Counted from the first letter of the stretch, positions 49,399 through 60,793 are shown. The stretch is DNA of 64,000 bases from an uncultured Candidatus Bathyarchaeia archaeon (GCA_964569845.1 CAZMUQ010000001.1:70664-134663), one strand, 5' to 3'. Translations and numbers: made by a program. Notes: generated by a model from the letters alone, not told the origin.

Positions 49399-50394
49399 AT
49401 GGGTTTGTGGAAGTTACGCTTATCCATGTATGGAACCCTTACATTGATTATAATGCTTTCAACCCTATTTTTTGCTATAATATTAACATTAATTGGAACC
49501 CTGAACATCCTACTTCTCGCAGCATTTGTTGTTATTTTTAACATTCTTCAATGGCTTTATGCACCAAAAATAATAGACAGCATTTACCATACTAAGGAGA
49601 TATCTCCTAATGATAACCCTAAACTTTACAATGCTGTTAAAAGGCTTAGTGAAAAAATGGGTTTAAAAATGCCTAAGTTAATGATTGCCCATATTCCCAT
49701 ACCTAATGCTTTTGCCTACGGGTCACCCTTAACAGGACCACGTGTTGCTGTAACTAGTGAACTTTTAAGAGTCTTAGAAGATGAGGAAGTTGAAGCTGTT
49801 ATTGGGCATGAGCTTGGACATTTAAAGCATAGAGATGTCCAGATAATGATGTTTGTATCAGTTTTACCTGCAATATTCTATTTCCTAGGTTATTCTTTAA
49901 TGCTTTCAGGGTGGTTTGGAGGGTATAGAGGTCGCAATAATATTGGTTATATGATGATTGTAGGGTTTATATGCTTAATCGTATACTGGATATTATCTCT
50001 CTTTGTTTTAGGTTTAAGTAGATACAGAGAGTACTATGCTGATAGAAGAAGTGCAACAACAGTTGAGGATGGTGCAAGAAAACTTTCAGAAGCTCTTGCA
50101 AAAATAGTTCATCATACATCTAAGGTAAAAAGCTTCTATGCTGAAAAAAATATTGGTGCTTTGGGAGCATTTAAGTCCTTATTTATTTCAGACCCTGATA
50201 GGGCAGAAACTGATATCCTAAATCTTTCAACATTGAGACACCTAACAGACCAGCAGCTTGTAAATAAAATACTTTCCAGAAAAATAACATTTGCTGATAG
50301 GCTCATAGAGCTTTTCTCAAGTCATCCAAACATTGTTAAAAGACTTAAAGCCTTAAAAGAAATAGAAGAAAAAAGTAGGTATGGAGTAGCTTAA
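49399..50394 (+). CDS. htpX: zinc metalloprotease HtpX (M48 family)
   Basis: TM N-terminus, HELGHLKHRD zinc-binding motif and a downstream Glu. Confidence 0.8.
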   Translation: MGLWKLRLSMYGTLTLIIMLSTLFFAIILTLIGTLNILLLAAFVVIFNILQWLYAPKIIDSIYHTKEISPNDNPKLYNAVKRLSEKMGLKMPKLMIAHIPIPNAFAYGSPLTGPRVAVTSELLRVLEDEEVEAVIGHELGHLKHRDVQIMMFVSVLPAIFYFLGYSLMLSGWFGGYRGRNNIGYMMIVGFICLIVYWILSLFVLGLSRYREYYADRRSATTVEDGARKLSEALAKIVHHTSKVKSFYAEKNIGALGAFKSLFISDPDRAETDILNLSTLRHLTDQQLVNKILSRKITFADRLIELFSSHPNIVKRLKALKEIEEKSRYGVA

Positions 50395-50506
50395 GTTATT
50401 ATTAGCCTAAACCTTAACAATTTTGTAAAGCTTAAATTTAAATAAACAACATTTAAACTAAAATTTTAAGCTAATGTAGATACTTTAGAGATAGGAGGTT
50501 CTTATA

Positions 50507-51874
50507 ATGATCAGTCTTGAGGAAATACGTGAAAATGTAAAAAGGTATAAGGATCCTGTTGGACTTGTTTTAGGGTCTCACTCTGCATTAGATGCTATGG
50601 CTGGACTTAGAAACTTCGGCCTTAAAGGAATTATCTACACTACAAGACAAAGAGCTTCTATTTATCTTAGAGAGCCTAGAGTTGGCTTAGTTGAGGAGGT
50701 TATAGAAGATTTACCCTACATTGTAAGAAGAGATCTTTACGTTTCAGATGATATAAAGGATATTGTAAGAAAAAAGAATCAATGGGTTGAAGCTATACTT
50801 TTACTTGATAGGTATGAGGATATTCTTAAAAGTGAGAATATTGATGTTCTTCTAGAAATTGAAGCTATTCAAATTCCAAATAGAGCTTTTGCAGTTTACG
50901 TTGGTGGAGAACGCTGTGAAAGAATAGAAAAAGATTTCCCTATACCTATTCTTGGTTCAAGAAAGCTTCTCAAAATTGAAAATAGAGAAGAAGTTGAAGA
51001 AAATTATTACTGGTATCTTGAAAAAGCTGGAATACCTCATCCTAAGCCGTTTAAATTTAGGGTTGTTAAGGATGGAATAAAGGTTGAAGATGATGTTAAG
51101 CAACCTTTAGTTTTAAAAGTTCCTCATGCAGGTAGAAGACTTGAAAGAGGATTTATTTTTGCAGCTGATAGTGAAAGTTTAGAGGAGAAAGTTAGGAAAG
51201 AATTAGAAGCTGGAAATATCATACTTGAAGATTTAAAGAGTGCAAGGGTTGAAGAATATATTCCAGGAGTTACAGCAAACTTTAACTTCTTCTATTCACC
51301 GCTTTATGCTGAAGAAGATTGGGGTATCTTAGAAAAGTATATTGACCGCTGGAGACTTGCAAATGAGTTTCTATCTATAGATGAAAGAAGAGAAACAACT
51401 CATGATGGAGTTTTAAGGATGGTTGCTGATGATCAACTTAAGGTTGATTGGAGGAAAACACCTTATCCTTTAAGTTTTGAGGTTACAGCCCATTCTATGA
51501 TAAGTTTAAGGGAATCTTTACTTAGAAAAATTTACCCTATTGCAGATGCCTTTGTTGAAATAACACAAAAACTTGAACCCCCAGGTATGATAGGTGCATA
51601 CTGTATTCAAACCTTAATAACGTTTGAAAAACAACCCCTTGTTGAAGCAATATCCCAAGGAGTTTATGATGCATCAGGAGAATTCTTCTATGACTTTGTC
51701 TTCAAAACCCAGGATATAGCTGTAAGGCATGGAGGGGGAACAAATGTTCATCAAGGAATAGGCTCTCAATATGCAAATGCAAAATATAAAAGAGTTATGA
51801 GTATGGGAGATAGAATAGCTTTAGAGCTTTTAAGAGCAAAACAAACAAAAAAACTTGAAAAAATAGTAACATAA
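50507..51874 (+). CDS. PurP-like ATP-grasp enzyme (5-formaminoimidazole-4-carboxamide ribonucleotide synthetase family)
   Basis: N-terminal GSHSALD motif as in PurP. At 455 aa it is longer than characterised PurP. Confidence 0.5.
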   Translation: MISLEEIRENVKRYKDPVGLVLGSHSALDAMAGLRNFGLKGIIYTTRQRASIYLREPRVGLVEEVIEDLPYIVRRDLYVSDDIKDIVRKKNQWVEAILLLDRYEDILKSENIDVLLEIEAIQIPNRAFAVYVGGERCERIEKDFPIPILGSRKLLKIENREEVEENYYWYLEKAGIPHPKPFKFRVVKDGIKVEDDVKQPLVLKVPHAGRRLERGFIFAADSESLEEKVRKELEAGNIILEDLKSARVEEYIPGVTANFNFFYSPLYAEEDWGILEKYIDRWRLANEFLSIDERRETTHDGVLRMVADDQLKVDWRKTPYPLSFEVTAHSMISLRESLLRKIYPIADAFVEITQKLEPPGMIGAYCIQTLITFEKQPLVEAISQGVYDASGEFFYDFVFKTQDIAVRHGGGTNVHQGIGSQYANAKYKRVMSMGDRIALELLRAKQTKKLEKIVT

Positions 51875-51973
51875 AAATTTACTACACCAATTTTTAATAA
51901 ACCTTTACCTAAGAGCATTTAACCCCTATCTTAATATTTTTGAAGCACCACTATAATTTTTGTTGAGTGCAAC

Positions 51974-52786
51974 ATGATTAGAGTTGGGCCTGCAGGTATA
52001 CCTTTAGCTATGAAGGGTAAGGGTTATGATGAAGCTTTAAAGTATTGTATGGAGATTGGTTTAGATGCTCTTGAAGTTCAGTATGTTCGTGGAGTTAAAA
52101 TGAGCATAACAATAGCTAAGAAGCTTTACGAATACTCAAAAAAGTATAATGTTAAGCTTTCATGTCATGCCCCATACTTTATTAACCTTTGTGGAGATAA
52201 ACAAACAGTTAAAAAGTCTCAGCAAAGAATTATTGAAACTTGTAAAGTTGGAAGCTACTACAAAGCTGAACTTGCAGTTGTTCATCCAGCATATTATGGT
52301 AAACATTCAAGAGATGAAGCTAAAAAAATGGTCATAGATGCAATAAATAGCATTGTAGACCAGTGTCCTATACCTATAGGAATTGAAACAATGGGTCGTC
52401 AATCACAGGTCGGTCCCCTTGAAGATGTTTTAGAAATTGCTTATGAAACAGGCCAAAGAATAGTACTAGATTGGGCCCATATTCATGCTAGATGTAATGG
52501 TTGCTTAAAAAGTAAGGATGATTTTGTAAGAATTTTGGAGGAAATTGAAAGAAAACTTGGAGGAAATTCTCTTAAAAATCTTCATCAACATTTTACCCAA
52601 GTTGAATATTCTGTTTCAGGAGAGAAAAAACATTTAGTTTTTGAGAAGGGAGACATAAATTTCAGGTTTCTAGCAGAAGCATTAAAAGATTTTAATGTTG
52701 AAGGTACCATCATATGTGAAAGCCCTATTCTTGAAGAAGATGCTGTAAAGATTAAGAACATACTTAAGGACTACGGGATAGGATAG
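51974..52786 (+). CDS. xylose-isomerase-like TIM-barrel protein (sugar phosphate isomerase/epimerase or endonuclease IV-like)
   Basis: 270 aa with conserved His/Glu/Asp metal-ligand spacing (CHAPYF, VVHPAY, IETMG, DWAHIHA). Confidence 0.45.
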   Translation: MIRVGPAGIPLAMKGKGYDEALKYCMEIGLDALEVQYVRGVKMSITIAKKLYEYSKKYNVKLSCHAPYFINLCGDKQTVKKSQQRIIETCKVGSYYKAELAVVHPAYYGKHSRDEAKKMVIDAINSIVDQCPIPIGIETMGRQSQVGPLEDVLEIAYETGQRIVLDWAHIHARCNGCLKSKDDFVRILEEIERKLGGNSLKNLHQHFTQVEYSVSGEKKHLVFEKGDINFRFLAEALKDFNVEGTIICESPILEEDAVKIKNILKDYGIG

Positions 52787-52850
52787 ATTAAAAATAATTT
52801 TTTGAAAATGCGGCATCCATAAAAACTAGAAAATTTCTTAAAAATGTGGA

Positions 52851-54689
52851 CTATAAGCAATATTTTTGAAATTCAAGGTTTTTGATTAATCTTTGGAAGA
52901 GGTCATGGTAGGGATTAAAGATTAAGGTAACATTATGTTTACCTACTCCTTTAAGCTCAAATGATATAAACCCGTTTTCCGTTGGGGAAATGTTTAACTG
53001 TTTACTATTATCCCATCCAATCCAACCTGGGAAATATGCTTCTCTTACTGTTACATTTAAACGCTTACTGTTATTAACTTCGACGATGATTTTTATCATA
53101 TCTCTTGTTTGAAACCATTTAAGTTCTGTTTTAGGGTTAGTTTCAACATAAGATATGTTTAGCGTATTTTCATAGAGAATGTAGCGTGAAAAGTTTAAAA
53201 CCTTCTTAAAACTGGAATTTTGAAGTAAGTAAGCTTTTCCAGGATCTCCAAGTAAAACCCATTTAACGCCGAAAACTTGAGACTTTTTAATAAAAGTTGA
53301 TACTAAGGATTCATCTTCTATACGGGTTAAAGTTTTCTTAACATTAAACTTTATTATTGGTAGTACACTTCCCTGAGGATACCAGCCATCTACCAGAGGT
53401 TTACCTGTTTGACTTGGAAGAAGGTAAACTGAGAAGGGACATTTAAACGTTAAAATTCTACCGTATTCCTTATTATTCTTAAGATAAAGTATAACTGGTT
53501 CTGGAATACTTTCACAAAAAACTTCCTCCCTAACAGTTTCACCAAAAAACTGGAAAACTGCAAAAAATATGATAATGTTTAGGATAAGTAAAAAAACAAC
53601 TATAAGCTTAATATTTTTTAAACTTTCAGATTTTCCTTCAGTTTTTAAGAACTGACTTTTCCCGCCAGCAATAAGAAGACTAAAAGGTATTGAGAGGTAA
53701 AGTTGGAACCTCATAAAATCGATACTACCACCAAAAGGTAGAAAGTAAGTTAACGGGAAAAAATATGAGCTGAAGACTAGAAAAAGAAAAGCCCATGCTA
53801 AGGTAAAAAGGCTTTTAACGCTAGTATAACTTGCGAAACTCTTCAAGCATATTATAGTAAGGGCTGTAAGAAGAATTAAAAGAGCTGCTGAAATTAGTGG
53901 ATTAACATTTTGGGTATAAAAGCTAACCCAATAAGTTAAATCTACAATGTAGAGTAAAAGCCAAAAAGCTGAAAAAATAAAGCTAAGAAAAAGAATACCA
54001 ATCAATATCAACATCTTTGTTAGGAGAGTTTTTGAACCTACATTTTTAACCTCGAAAATTAAAGATAAAGCGTAGATTAGAAAAACTAAAGATAAAATAT
54101 AGGCAGAAAAGTGGTGAGTTAAAAGGGTTAAAGTAAAAAAGATTGAAGCCAATAGAAAATATTTTTTTGAAAAATTTTCAGCAGCTTTAAATGTAAACAT
54201 TAAGGTTAGTATAAAAAAGGGGAAGCTTACAATGTTTGGAAATCTACCAAAAATTAGAGGGTTATGAATTACTGAAGGAAAAAATGAGAATATCATTGTT
54301 GCATAAAATGCTTTTCTTCTTTCTAAACTATAAGTTCTACAAAACTTGTAGAAGCAAAACGGTGCAACTAGAAGAAAAAGTACTTCAATAAGTTTGTAGG
54401 AAAATATGGCATCTAAACCTATTAATGTTAATGGGTAAACTAGGAGATAAGATAAAGGCGCATAAGAAGTAAAAATCGGGTAACCACAATACCAATCATA
54501 ACACCAGAAGGAGGGGCCAAACTTTGAAATATAGACAACCTTTGGTAAATGGGAGAAAGTATCCATACCTATTGGAAGCTCAGATGAATATATTCTTGAT
54601 GAAAAAATTGCTGTTAGAATTGTTGATGTTAAAATTATGGTTAAAGCTACCTTCTCATCTTTACCCAGATTATAAAAGGCTTTAAACAT
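52851..54689 (-). CDS. large polytopic membrane protein with C-terminal soluble domain (GT-C-like glycosyltransferase fold suspected)
   Basis: About 12 TM helices in the first 400 aa, then a roughly 200-aa hydrophilic tail. This resembles ArnT/PMT/AglB-type architecture, but no WWDYG motif is present. Confidence 0.35.
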   Translation of the reverse strand: MFKAFYNLGKDEKVALTIILTSTILTAIFSSRIYSSELPIGMDTFSHLPKVVYISKFGPSFWCYDWYCGYPIFTSYAPLSYLLVYPLTLIGLDAIFSYKLIEVLFLLVAPFCFYKFCRTYSLERRKAFYATMIFSFFPSVIHNPLIFGRFPNIVSFPFFILTLMFTFKAAENFSKKYFLLASIFFTLTLLTHHFSAYILSLVFLIYALSLIFEVKNVGSKTLLTKMLILIGILFLSFIFSAFWLLLYIVDLTYWVSFYTQNVNPLISAALLILLTALTIICLKSFASYTSVKSLFTLAWAFLFLVFSSYFFPLTYFLPFGGSIDFMRFQLYLSIPFSLLIAGGKSQFLKTEGKSESLKNIKLIVVFLLILNIIIFFAVFQFFGETVREEVFCESIPEPVILYLKNNKEYGRILTFKCPFSVYLLPSQTGKPLVDGWYPQGSVLPIIKFNVKKTLTRIEDESLVSTFIKKSQVFGVKWVLLGDPGKAYLLQNSSFKKVLNFSRYILYENTLNISYVETNPKTELKWFQTRDMIKIIVEVNNSKRLNVTVREAYFPGWIGWDNSKQLNISPTENGFISFELKGVGKHNVTLIFNPYHDLFQRLIKNLEFQKYCL

Positions 54690-54748
54690 TATAATTAAAC
54701 TAATTTACTTGAAGAGAAAATATTTTTTGCTAATAGGGAGATGATTGT

Positions 54749-55726
54749 ATGAGGCATAGTGAAGAGTTTTTTAAGGATATTGTTAGACACGTAAAACTTA
54801 AACCAAAGATGACTGTGGATGAGCTTATTCGTGAAATGGCTGGTTCAGGATGTTTTGGTGCTGGACGTTTAGCTCAAGCAGTAGATATTTATGAACAGAT
54901 GCTTAAAGAGAAGGCTTTAATAGTTTTAGGTCTTGCAGGGGCAATGGTTCCAGGAGGTATGAAAAATGTTGTTACTGAGATGATTAAACGTAAAATGGTG
55001 AATATTATCGTTAGTACTGGTGCAAACATGGTTCATGACTTGCTTGAAGTTTTTGGAGGATATCATTATAAGGGTACTGCCTACATCGACGATAAACTAC
55101 TTTACAAGCATGGGGTTGATAGGGTTTATGATGTTTTTATTCCTGAAGTTGATTTTAGAGAAAGTTTTGATAAACCCCTAATTGAAATTTTTAATGATAT
55201 TATTAGACATAAAGGAAACAAGATATATTCTACACCTGAATTAATGAGAGAAATTGGTAAAAGAATCATTGATGAAAATTCAATAATTTATAACGCATAT
55301 AAGTACAATGTACCTATCTTTGTTCCAACAATTCATGATTCATGCTATGGGTTAACTGCATACGAATATAGAAAGTATCATGGAGGAGAAAGAATTATAA
55401 TGGATGCATTTAAGGATGTTTCAGAATTTCTCGAAATTATAGACAAAAACAATTCAGGAAAAAAAGGAGCATTACTTATTGGTGGAGGAGTACCAAAAAA
55501 CTTTATTTTTCAAGCAGCATTCAAAGTTAATAAACCCTACAACTATGTAATCCAAATTACAACCGATAGACCGGAGCCAGGTGGACTTTCAGGGGCAACT
55601 CTTGAGGAGGCTGTTTCATGGGGTAAAGTTGGAGGTAAAGCTTCAAAAGTTCAAGTTATAGGTGATGCAACCATCTGCTTACCAATTATTGTTGCAGCTG
55701 TGATGGAGAGGTTTTTTGGAAAGTAA
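54749..55726 (+). CDS. dys: deoxyhypusine synthase
   Basis: 325 aa, DHS family (NAD-binding GGG...ST and the catalytic Lys region). Confidence 0.85.
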   Translation: MRHSEEFFKDIVRHVKLKPKMTVDELIREMAGSGCFGAGRLAQAVDIYEQMLKEKALIVLGLAGAMVPGGMKNVVTEMIKRKMVNIIVSTGANMVHDLLEVFGGYHYKGTAYIDDKLLYKHGVDRVYDVFIPEVDFRESFDKPLIEIFNDIIRHKGNKIYSTPELMREIGKRIIDENSIIYNAYKYNVPIFVPTIHDSCYGLTAYEYRKYHGGERIIMDAFKDVSEFLEIIDKNNSGKKGALLIGGGVPKNFIFQAAFKVNKPYNYVIQITTDRPEPGGLSGATLEEAVSWGKVGGKASKVQVIGDATICLPIIVAAVMERFFGK

Positions 55727-56606
55727 AATTAAAGCTTTATTTACTAAGCCTAAGAACGAGTTTCTTGGACTTTTATCTAGCTTTGATGAAGCAAAGTACA
55801 TTATTTTAGGTTTTCCGTTTGATTTTACATGTACTTACAGGTTCGGAGCTTCTAAAGCTCCTGATAAGATTAGGGAAGCATCACTAAACATTGAAACTTA
55901 CAGTTTTAGGTTTAACTTTAATGTTGAAGATTTAAAAATTTATGATGTGGGAAATATTAAACCTTGCAAAAATATTGAAGAAGCTTTAACACTTCTTAGG
56001 AAAGCTATTCTGGATATAAGTAGGATTGGAAAGATACCTGTAATCTTAGGTGGAGAACATACATTAACTTATGGTGTTGTTAACGCTTTAAAGAGGAAGA
56101 ATTTTAATCTTATTTGCTTTGATGCTCATTTTGATTTAAGAGATATCTACCTTAATAGGAAACTTTCTCATGCAACTTTTATGCGTAGAATTGTTGAGAA
56201 AATTGGTGGGAAACGGATATTTTTAGCTGGAGTTAGGGCAGCCTGCAAGGAGGAAGTAGAATATGCTATAAAGAATAAGGTTAAATATTTAACAACCTTA
56301 CAAATAAAAAGTTTAGGTATAGATAATGTGTCAAAAATTTTAAGGGAATTTGCTGAAGAAACTAATCAAGTTTATATTAGCCTTGATATGGATGTTTTAG
56401 ACCCTGCATATACTCCTGCGGTTTCTAACCCTGAACCTGATGGTTTAGACTTTTCCATGCTTTTCAATATATTATATAGTTTAAGGGGAGTTAGCTTTTT
56501 AGGTTTAGATGTTGTTGAGGTTACACCTGATTTTGATTTTGGAATTACATCTATTCAAGCTGCAAAAGCTGTGTTTGAAATTTTATGTTTAGCTGAGAAA
56601 GGCTAA
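55716..56606 (+). CDS. speB: agmatinase (arginase/ureohydrolase family)
   Basis: Mn-binding motifs GGEHT, DAHFDL and SLDMDVLDP. It overlaps dys by 11 nt. Confidence 0.8.
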   Translation: MESKIKALFTKPKNEFLGLLSSFDEAKYIILGFPFDFTCTYRFGASKAPDKIREASLNIETYSFRFNFNVEDLKIYDVGNIKPCKNIEEALTLLRKAILDISRIGKIPVILGGEHTLTYGVVNALKRKNFNLICFDAHFDLRDIYLNRKLSHATFMRRIVEKIGGKRIFLAGVRAACKEEVEYAIKNKVKYLTTLQIKSLGIDNVSKILREFAEETNQVYISLDMDVLDPAYTPAVSNPEPDGLDFSMLFNILYSLRGVSFLGLDVVEVTPDFDFGITSIQAAKAVFEILCLAEKG

Positions 56607-56645
56607 TAGGGTTGAAGCTACCTAATCCTTTTTAAGGATAGTAGG

Positions 56646-59312
56646 ATGGAAAGCCGCTTAGAAGATTTTTTTAAAGAAAAATTAGATGAAGCTGAGGAAA
56701 AACCTTCTTCTGAGGGTAGAGGTAACCAGGAAGATGTTACTGGAAATTGGGTAAGGTATTTTAGAAGTTTAGTTGAGGATAGATATGCAAACTCTAGAAA
56801 CCTTAAAAATGTATACCTTTTTTCCGCTAGCTATGATGGAGATAAGCGTTGTGCAGTTTTAAAATTTTACAATCCTGAAGATAAGAAAATCTATCTTTGG
56901 TATGACACTACTGGACATAAACCTTACTGCTTAACAAATATTCCACAAGAGGAACTTGAAAATATTCCTGAGGTTAAGGGAGTTAAAGGTTTAGACCACT
57001 TTGAAACCGTTGAAAAGTTTAGCTTATTATTAGATAAACCATTAAGGGTTACAAAAATTGTAGCGCAGGATCCTTTAACAATAGGAGGAAAACCTTCAGG
57101 TTCAATTAGAGATATCTTGCCAAAGATTAGGCATGATGCAAAAGTTTGGGAAGCTGATATAAAGTACTATGAATGCTACATTTATGATTTAGGTTTGGAT
57201 TTAGGGTTACCATACAATATTGAAGATGGAAAGCTTGTTAAAAATAAGCTTACAAGCATTAATTTTGAAGTTGAAAAACTTTTTGCAGATGAATCTAAAG
57301 ACTTTTTCCAATATTTAAAGAGCTGGGTTGAACTTCTTGAAGCACCCTTACCAAGCCTAAAATTTATAGCTTTAGACATTGAAGTTGAATCTCCAAGCTT
57401 AGATAAGGTTCCAGATCCTAGAGAAGCCTCACATAGAGTTATTTGTGCTTCTATTGTAGCTTCAGATGGAGTTAAGTATGTTTTGCTTCTTAGAAGAGGT
57501 GAAGCTAAAGGTGAAGAATTTGATAGGCTGGATGATGCTAAAGTTGAATTTTATGATGATGAGCTTCAACTTATCTGTAGAATTTTTAGATTTCTTGTTG
57601 AATACCCTATTGTTGTAACATTTAATGGGGATGAATTTGACTTAAAATATCTTTACCATAGAGCTCAAAAACTTGGGCTTCAAAAGGAAGATATCCCCAT
57701 TCAGTTAACCAGAGAATACGCATACTTACCATACAGTATCCATATAGACCTTTACAGATTCTTCTTTAATAAGGCCATCCAAGTTTATGCTTTTGATCAA
57801 AAGTATAGGGATGTTAATCTCCAAGATATTTCAACAGTTTTTCTCGGTATAGGTAAAGTTGAGTTGGATAAAAATGTTTCAGAACTAGATTATAGGCAAC
57901 TTGCAGTTTACTGCTTAAGGGATTCTGAGTTAACTTTTAAGCTTGCAAGTTTTGATGGAAATCTTGTGTTAAAGCTTATCATAGCTTTAGCAAGAATTAC
58001 AAGGATGATTTTAGAGGATGTTTCAAGGCAAAGTGTTTCAAACTGGATTAAAAGTTTAATGTACTGGGAACATAGAAAAAATAGCTATCTTATACCGTCA
58101 TCTGAGGAAATTTTAGCTGTAAAGGGTTCAACTTCAACTCATGCAATTATTAAAGGTAAAAAGTATAGAGGGGCAATTGTTATTGAACCTCAACCTGGAA
58201 TAAACTTTAACGTAGTAGTTTTAGACTTTAACAGCCTCTATCCAAGCATAATTAAGAGATGGAATCTTTCTTATGAAACTGTTAGATGTCCCCATGAAGA
58301 GTGTAAAGATAATCTTATACCTGAAACAAATCATTGGGTTTGTAGAAAAAGGCAGGGATTAACAAGCCTAGTTATAGGTTCCTTAAGAGATTTAAGGGTA
58401 AGATGGTATAAGGTTAAAGCTAAAGATAAAACGTTACCTGAGGAAGTTAGAGTATGGTATTCTGTTGTTCAAAGAACTCTTAAGGTGATACTAAATGCAT
58501 CTTACGGCGTTTTTGGTGCAGAACATTTTGCCCTTTATTGTCCACCAGTAGCAGAAGCAACAGCAAGCATAGGAAGATATGCAATAAAAACAACAATTCA
58601 GAAGGCTTGGGAGTTAGGAATAGAAGTAATTTACGGGGATACCGATTCAATGTTTCTTAGGAATCCTTCAGAAAATCAGGTTGAAGCTCTTATGGAATGG
58701 TCTAGAAACGTTCTTGGTATGGAGCTTGATATTGATAAGCAGTACAGGTATTCTGTTTTTTCAACAAGGAAAAAGAACTATATTGGAGTTTATCATGATG
58801 GTAACGTTGAAATTAAAGGCTTAACAGGTAAGAAAAGGAATACACCTGAATTTCTTAAGAAAACTTTTGCTGAAATGATTAAAATTCTTGGGGAAGTTAA
58901 AAGTAAAGATGACTTTGATAAAGCAAGGGAAAAAATAAAAAGTATTGTAAAAGATTGCTACGTTAAACTTAAGAATAGACAGTATAGCCTTGAAGAACTA
59001 GCTTTTACTGTCGTTTTAGGTAAAGATATTGAAGATTATAATAAAACTATACCTCAGCATGTTAAAGCCTTAAAACTTTTACCTGAAAAGGAAAAAGTAG
59101 ATGTGGGTGCTGGCTCAGTTATCCGGTATGTTAAAGTTAGAAGGGATCCAGGTGTTAAGCTTATAACTCATGCGAAAGTAGATGAAATAGATACAGAAAA
59201 ATATGTTGAACATATTCAAACAACATTTGAGCAGGTTTTAGATGCATTAGGTATAAGCTTTAACGAAATTACAGGGGCACCTAGGGAAGCTAAGCTGGAA
59301 TTTTTCCAGTAA
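56646..59312 (+). CDS. polB: DNA polymerase, family B
   Basis: 888 aa with Exo I (FIALDIEV), Pol A region (DFNSLYPSII), K-x3-NSxYG (KVILNASYG) and Pol C (YGDTDS). Confidence 0.9.
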   Translation: MESRLEDFFKEKLDEAEEKPSSEGRGNQEDVTGNWVRYFRSLVEDRYANSRNLKNVYLFSASYDGDKRCAVLKFYNPEDKKIYLWYDTTGHKPYCLTNIPQEELENIPEVKGVKGLDHFETVEKFSLLLDKPLRVTKIVAQDPLTIGGKPSGSIRDILPKIRHDAKVWEADIKYYECYIYDLGLDLGLPYNIEDGKLVKNKLTSINFEVEKLFADESKDFFQYLKSWVELLEAPLPSLKFIALDIEVESPSLDKVPDPREASHRVICASIVASDGVKYVLLLRRGEAKGEEFDRLDDAKVEFYDDELQLICRIFRFLVEYPIVVTFNGDEFDLKYLYHRAQKLGLQKEDIPIQLTREYAYLPYSIHIDLYRFFFNKAIQVYAFDQKYRDVNLQDISTVFLGIGKVELDKNVSELDYRQLAVYCLRDSELTFKLASFDGNLVLKLIIALARITRMILEDVSRQSVSNWIKSLMYWEHRKNSYLIPSSEEILAVKGSTSTHAIIKGKKYRGAIVIEPQPGINFNVVVLDFNSLYPSIIKRWNLSYETVRCPHEECKDNLIPETNHWVCRKRQGLTSLVIGSLRDLRVRWYKVKAKDKTLPEEVRVWYSVVQRTLKVILNASYGVFGAEHFALYCPPVAEATASIGRYAIKTTIQKAWELGIEVIYGDTDSMFLRNPSENQVEALMEWSRNVLGMELDIDKQYRYSVFSTRKKNYIGVYHDGNVEIKGLTGKKRNTPEFLKKTFAEMIKILGEVKSKDDFDKAREKIKSIVKDCYVKLKNRQYSLEELAFTVVLGKDIEDYNKTIPQHVKALKLLPEKEKVDVGAGSVIRYVKVRRDPGVKLITHAKVDEIDTEKYVEHIQTTFEQVLDALGISFNEITGAPREAKLEFFQ

Positions 59313-59327
59313 ACCATTTTTGAAGTT

Positions 59328-60719
59328 TTAAAGAATAGGGTAGTGTTGGAACATTAATAGTAATGTTGCAAGAATAAGTTGAGGTACAGCTATTGCAAGT
59401 CCTGGTTTAATCCAGTCTATAAAGTTTATGTACCTATTTCTCTCCTTCTCAATGATTCCTATAGCTACAATGTTTGCTGTACTTCCAATCATGGTTAAGT
59501 TTCCAAGGTAACATGCACCAAATAGAAGACCCCACCATGCTGGAAATATGTGGTATCCGTAAGCTTCAAGCCCATGCACAATGGATATTAATGTTGCAAC
59601 TGCAAGAATGTTATCCATAAATGCGCTTAAAATACCAGCAGTCCAAGTTATTATTGTTGTCATAAGCATAGGATTTCCTCCAGCCATGGAAACAGTACCT
59701 TCAGCCATAAGCTTAGATACTCCAGTGTAGGCTAATGTTCCAACAGAGGTAAAGAAGAAGATGAAGAAAACAAGAGACCACCATTCAACTCTACGTTCAA
59801 TTATTTCTCTAGCTTTCTCCTTACTTAGAAATAGGGATATTCCAGCCATAACAACAGGAACAGCAAGTAGCAAGCTATTTTTGGGTAGATGCATAAATTC
59901 TTCAAGAGGATGATGAATTGCAAGTCCTCCAATGGTTGAAAGGAAAACAATCCATGGTATAAGCATGCTTCTATGAGTAACCTTTTCACCACCATCTGTT
60001 GATGATCCCATCTCCACACCTAAAGTTTTCATTCTATAGTTCAATGTTCCAACGTAAGATTTCCAATAAATAAGGGCTAAGAAAATTGTTAACAATAAAA
60101 CCACGATTCCTACTGGTGTTGCCCAATGAATAAAATCTAGAAATGTTAGGTTTCCTTCAAAGGCTATAAGAACACCTATAGGGTTACCTATAACTGTAAA
60201 GCTGCTTCCAACGTTTGTAGCCATAACGGTTGCTATAACCATAGGTAGAACATCAAGGTCATATTTCTTGGTGATACGTAGAGTTAAGGCGGTTATAAAT
60301 AGAATTGAGGTAACTTCATCAACCAAAGCTGCAAACATTGCTGAAAGTATAAGTAGTCCTGAGAAAAGTAGGCTACCACTTCTACTAAAGACTTTAAAAA
60401 GAAGGTTTAAAAGATACTCAAAAAAGCCTTTCTCTTCAAGAAACCCTATAATGGTCATCATACCTAAGAGGAAAAGTATAACATCAAAATGTGCATATTT
60501 TATTACTAAAGGTACCGTTAAAACCCCTGTAAAAAGCATTAAAGCTACACCTGAAAATGCAAATGCAACTCTAAGCCTCCAGAAAAATATTGCACCAAGA
60601 ATTACTCCAAGAAAACATGTAACAGATATTATTTGGCTGGGTTGAAGATTAAGCATTAAAGATAGAAGTGTAACTATGGTGATCCCTGCAATGTATGATG
60701 CAACACTAGCATAACCCAT
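59328..60719 (-). CDS. ArsB/NhaD (CitMHS) superfamily anion permease
   Basis: 463 aa, polytopic protein with two-repeat architecture. Confidence 0.55.
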   Translation of the reverse strand: MGYASVASYIAGITIVTLLSLMLNLQPSQIISVTCFLGVILGAIFFWRLRVAFAFSGVALMLFTGVLTVPLVIKYAHFDVILFLLGMMTIIGFLEEKGFFEYLLNLLFKVFSRSGSLLFSGLLILSAMFAALVDEVTSILFITALTLRITKKYDLDVLPMVIATVMATNVGSSFTVIGNPIGVLIAFEGNLTFLDFIHWATPVGIVVLLLTIFLALIYWKSYVGTLNYRMKTLGVEMGSSTDGGEKVTHRSMLIPWIVFLSTIGGLAIHHPLEEFMHLPKNSLLLAVPVVMAGISLFLSKEKAREIIERRVEWWSLVFFIFFFTSVGTLAYTGVSKLMAEGTVSMAGGNPMLMTTIITWTAGILSAFMDNILAVATLISIVHGLEAYGYHIFPAWWGLLFGACYLGNLTMIGSTANIVAIGIIEKERNRYINFIDWIKPGLAIAVPQLILATLLLMFQHYPIL

Positions 60720-60793
60720 TTATCATCATAAAGATATACTTTAGATAACTATGTATATTTAAGTTTATACCTAACAAACCTAACAATACAAGT

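Noticed and set aside
56646-59312. Possible intein in the family-B DNA polymerase
   Set aside because: At 888 aa it is within the normal range for archaeal PolB, the Exo and Pol motifs are contiguous, and no intein block sequences (e.g. a C-terminal HN) interrupt them.
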